From a virus: a stretch of 64,000 nt of DNA. Location: positions 10,187-74,186 of the IMG/VR virus record IMGVR_UViG_3300043571_000443; one strand, written 5' to 3'. Shown in pieces: positions 63,567 to 64,000 of the stretch (position 1 is its first letter; each line of letters starts with the position of its first letter). The notes beneath the pieces are model-generated. The model saw only the letters and a list, made by a program, of their open reading frames with translations. It had not been told where the DNA came from and searched no databases. Both the position numbers and the translations under genes were made by a program.

Positions 63567-63938
63567 ATGACTATGGCAACCACTACCAACCTTCTAACTA
63601 TCTCTATCCATCAGGACGAAGACCCCGCCGTGGCCATGGCCGAAAACTGGGGATCGTCCTACTTCTTGTCCAAGACCAAGCCAAAGACGGAGGCCATGCA
63701 GGCCTTGCTGGCTGGCAAGATCAACCAGCAGGTGGTGGAGGACGGCAAGCGGCGACGACTATCATTCTGGGTGGTGCGCAAGCCACCCCGCCAGCAAGGC
63801 GACCAGCCCAAGGCCAAGGTAGCGATTACCCTGGATGCCGACCTACTGGCCCAAGTGGATGCCCGGGCGGAGGCGGATCGCTCCTACCGCAGCACTGTGA
63901 TCGAGGCTGCTTTGCGAGAGTATTTGGATCCAAAATAG
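63567..63938 (+). CDS. Protein with C-terminal ribbon-helix-helix domain
   Basis: KVAITLDADLLAQVDARA...RSTVIEAALREYL; upstream GTATGAC/CATAC operator-like repeats. Confidence 0.65.
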   Translation: MTMATTTNLLTISIHQDEDPAVAMAENWGSSYFLSKTKPKTEAMQALLAGKINQQVVEDGKRRRLSFWVVRKPPRQQGDQPKAKVAITLDADLLAQVDARAEADRSYRSTVIEAALREYLDPK

Positions 63939-64000
63939 GCCGAAAAATGGCCTGGGGGAATTAATGCCTATTATCTTTTAGAGGTAAGGCGCTAAACCCT

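Noticed and set aside
1-64000. tRNA, rRNA, IS transposases, prophage boundaries
   Set aside because: None recognised by eye; tRNAscan-SE and flanking sequence would be needed to exclude them.

Overview
The whole window looks like one temperate, long-tailed (siphovirus-like) phage or prophage, probably of a cyanobacterium. The host call is an inference from a cyanobacterial-style DnaN, a large serine recombinase and Cys-rich small ORFs. No host housekeeping flank is visible, and the window starts inside a phage dnaN homologue. Modules: early and regulatory genes (0-3.5 kb); putative TerS; a tail-fibre block on the minus strand (5-12 kb); a small tyrosine recombinase; TerL, portal, glycosyltransferase, scaffold and capsid (14.5-21.3 kb, +); a large serine recombinase with a candidate att site; tail, lysis, tape-measure and neck genes plus a MuF-toxin pair (22.8-41.8 kb, -); an accessory block (43-52.5 kb, -); replication genes (initiator with iterons, DnaB); and a membrane-protein/FtsK-like ATPase operon. 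The main finding is a phage-borne type IV-B-like Cas operon (cas11-csf2-csf3-cas6-[promoter cassette]-cysH-csf1) that, atypically for IV-B, includes a Cas6. It sits downstream of NurA-HerA, a methyltransferase and a short-period hairpin array. The genome also holds a distant CRISPR-like array (36-nt repeats, 35-37-nt spacers) and at least six dispersed clusters of the same I-E-like CCCCAC-N3-5-GTGGGG hairpin. Other signals read directly from the sequence: a late-promoter motif (about 14 copies), covarying twin RNA hairpins ahead of the abundant structural genes, three copies of a promoter cassette, and a candidate sRNA. All protein calls come from motif recognition by eye; no database searches were run.
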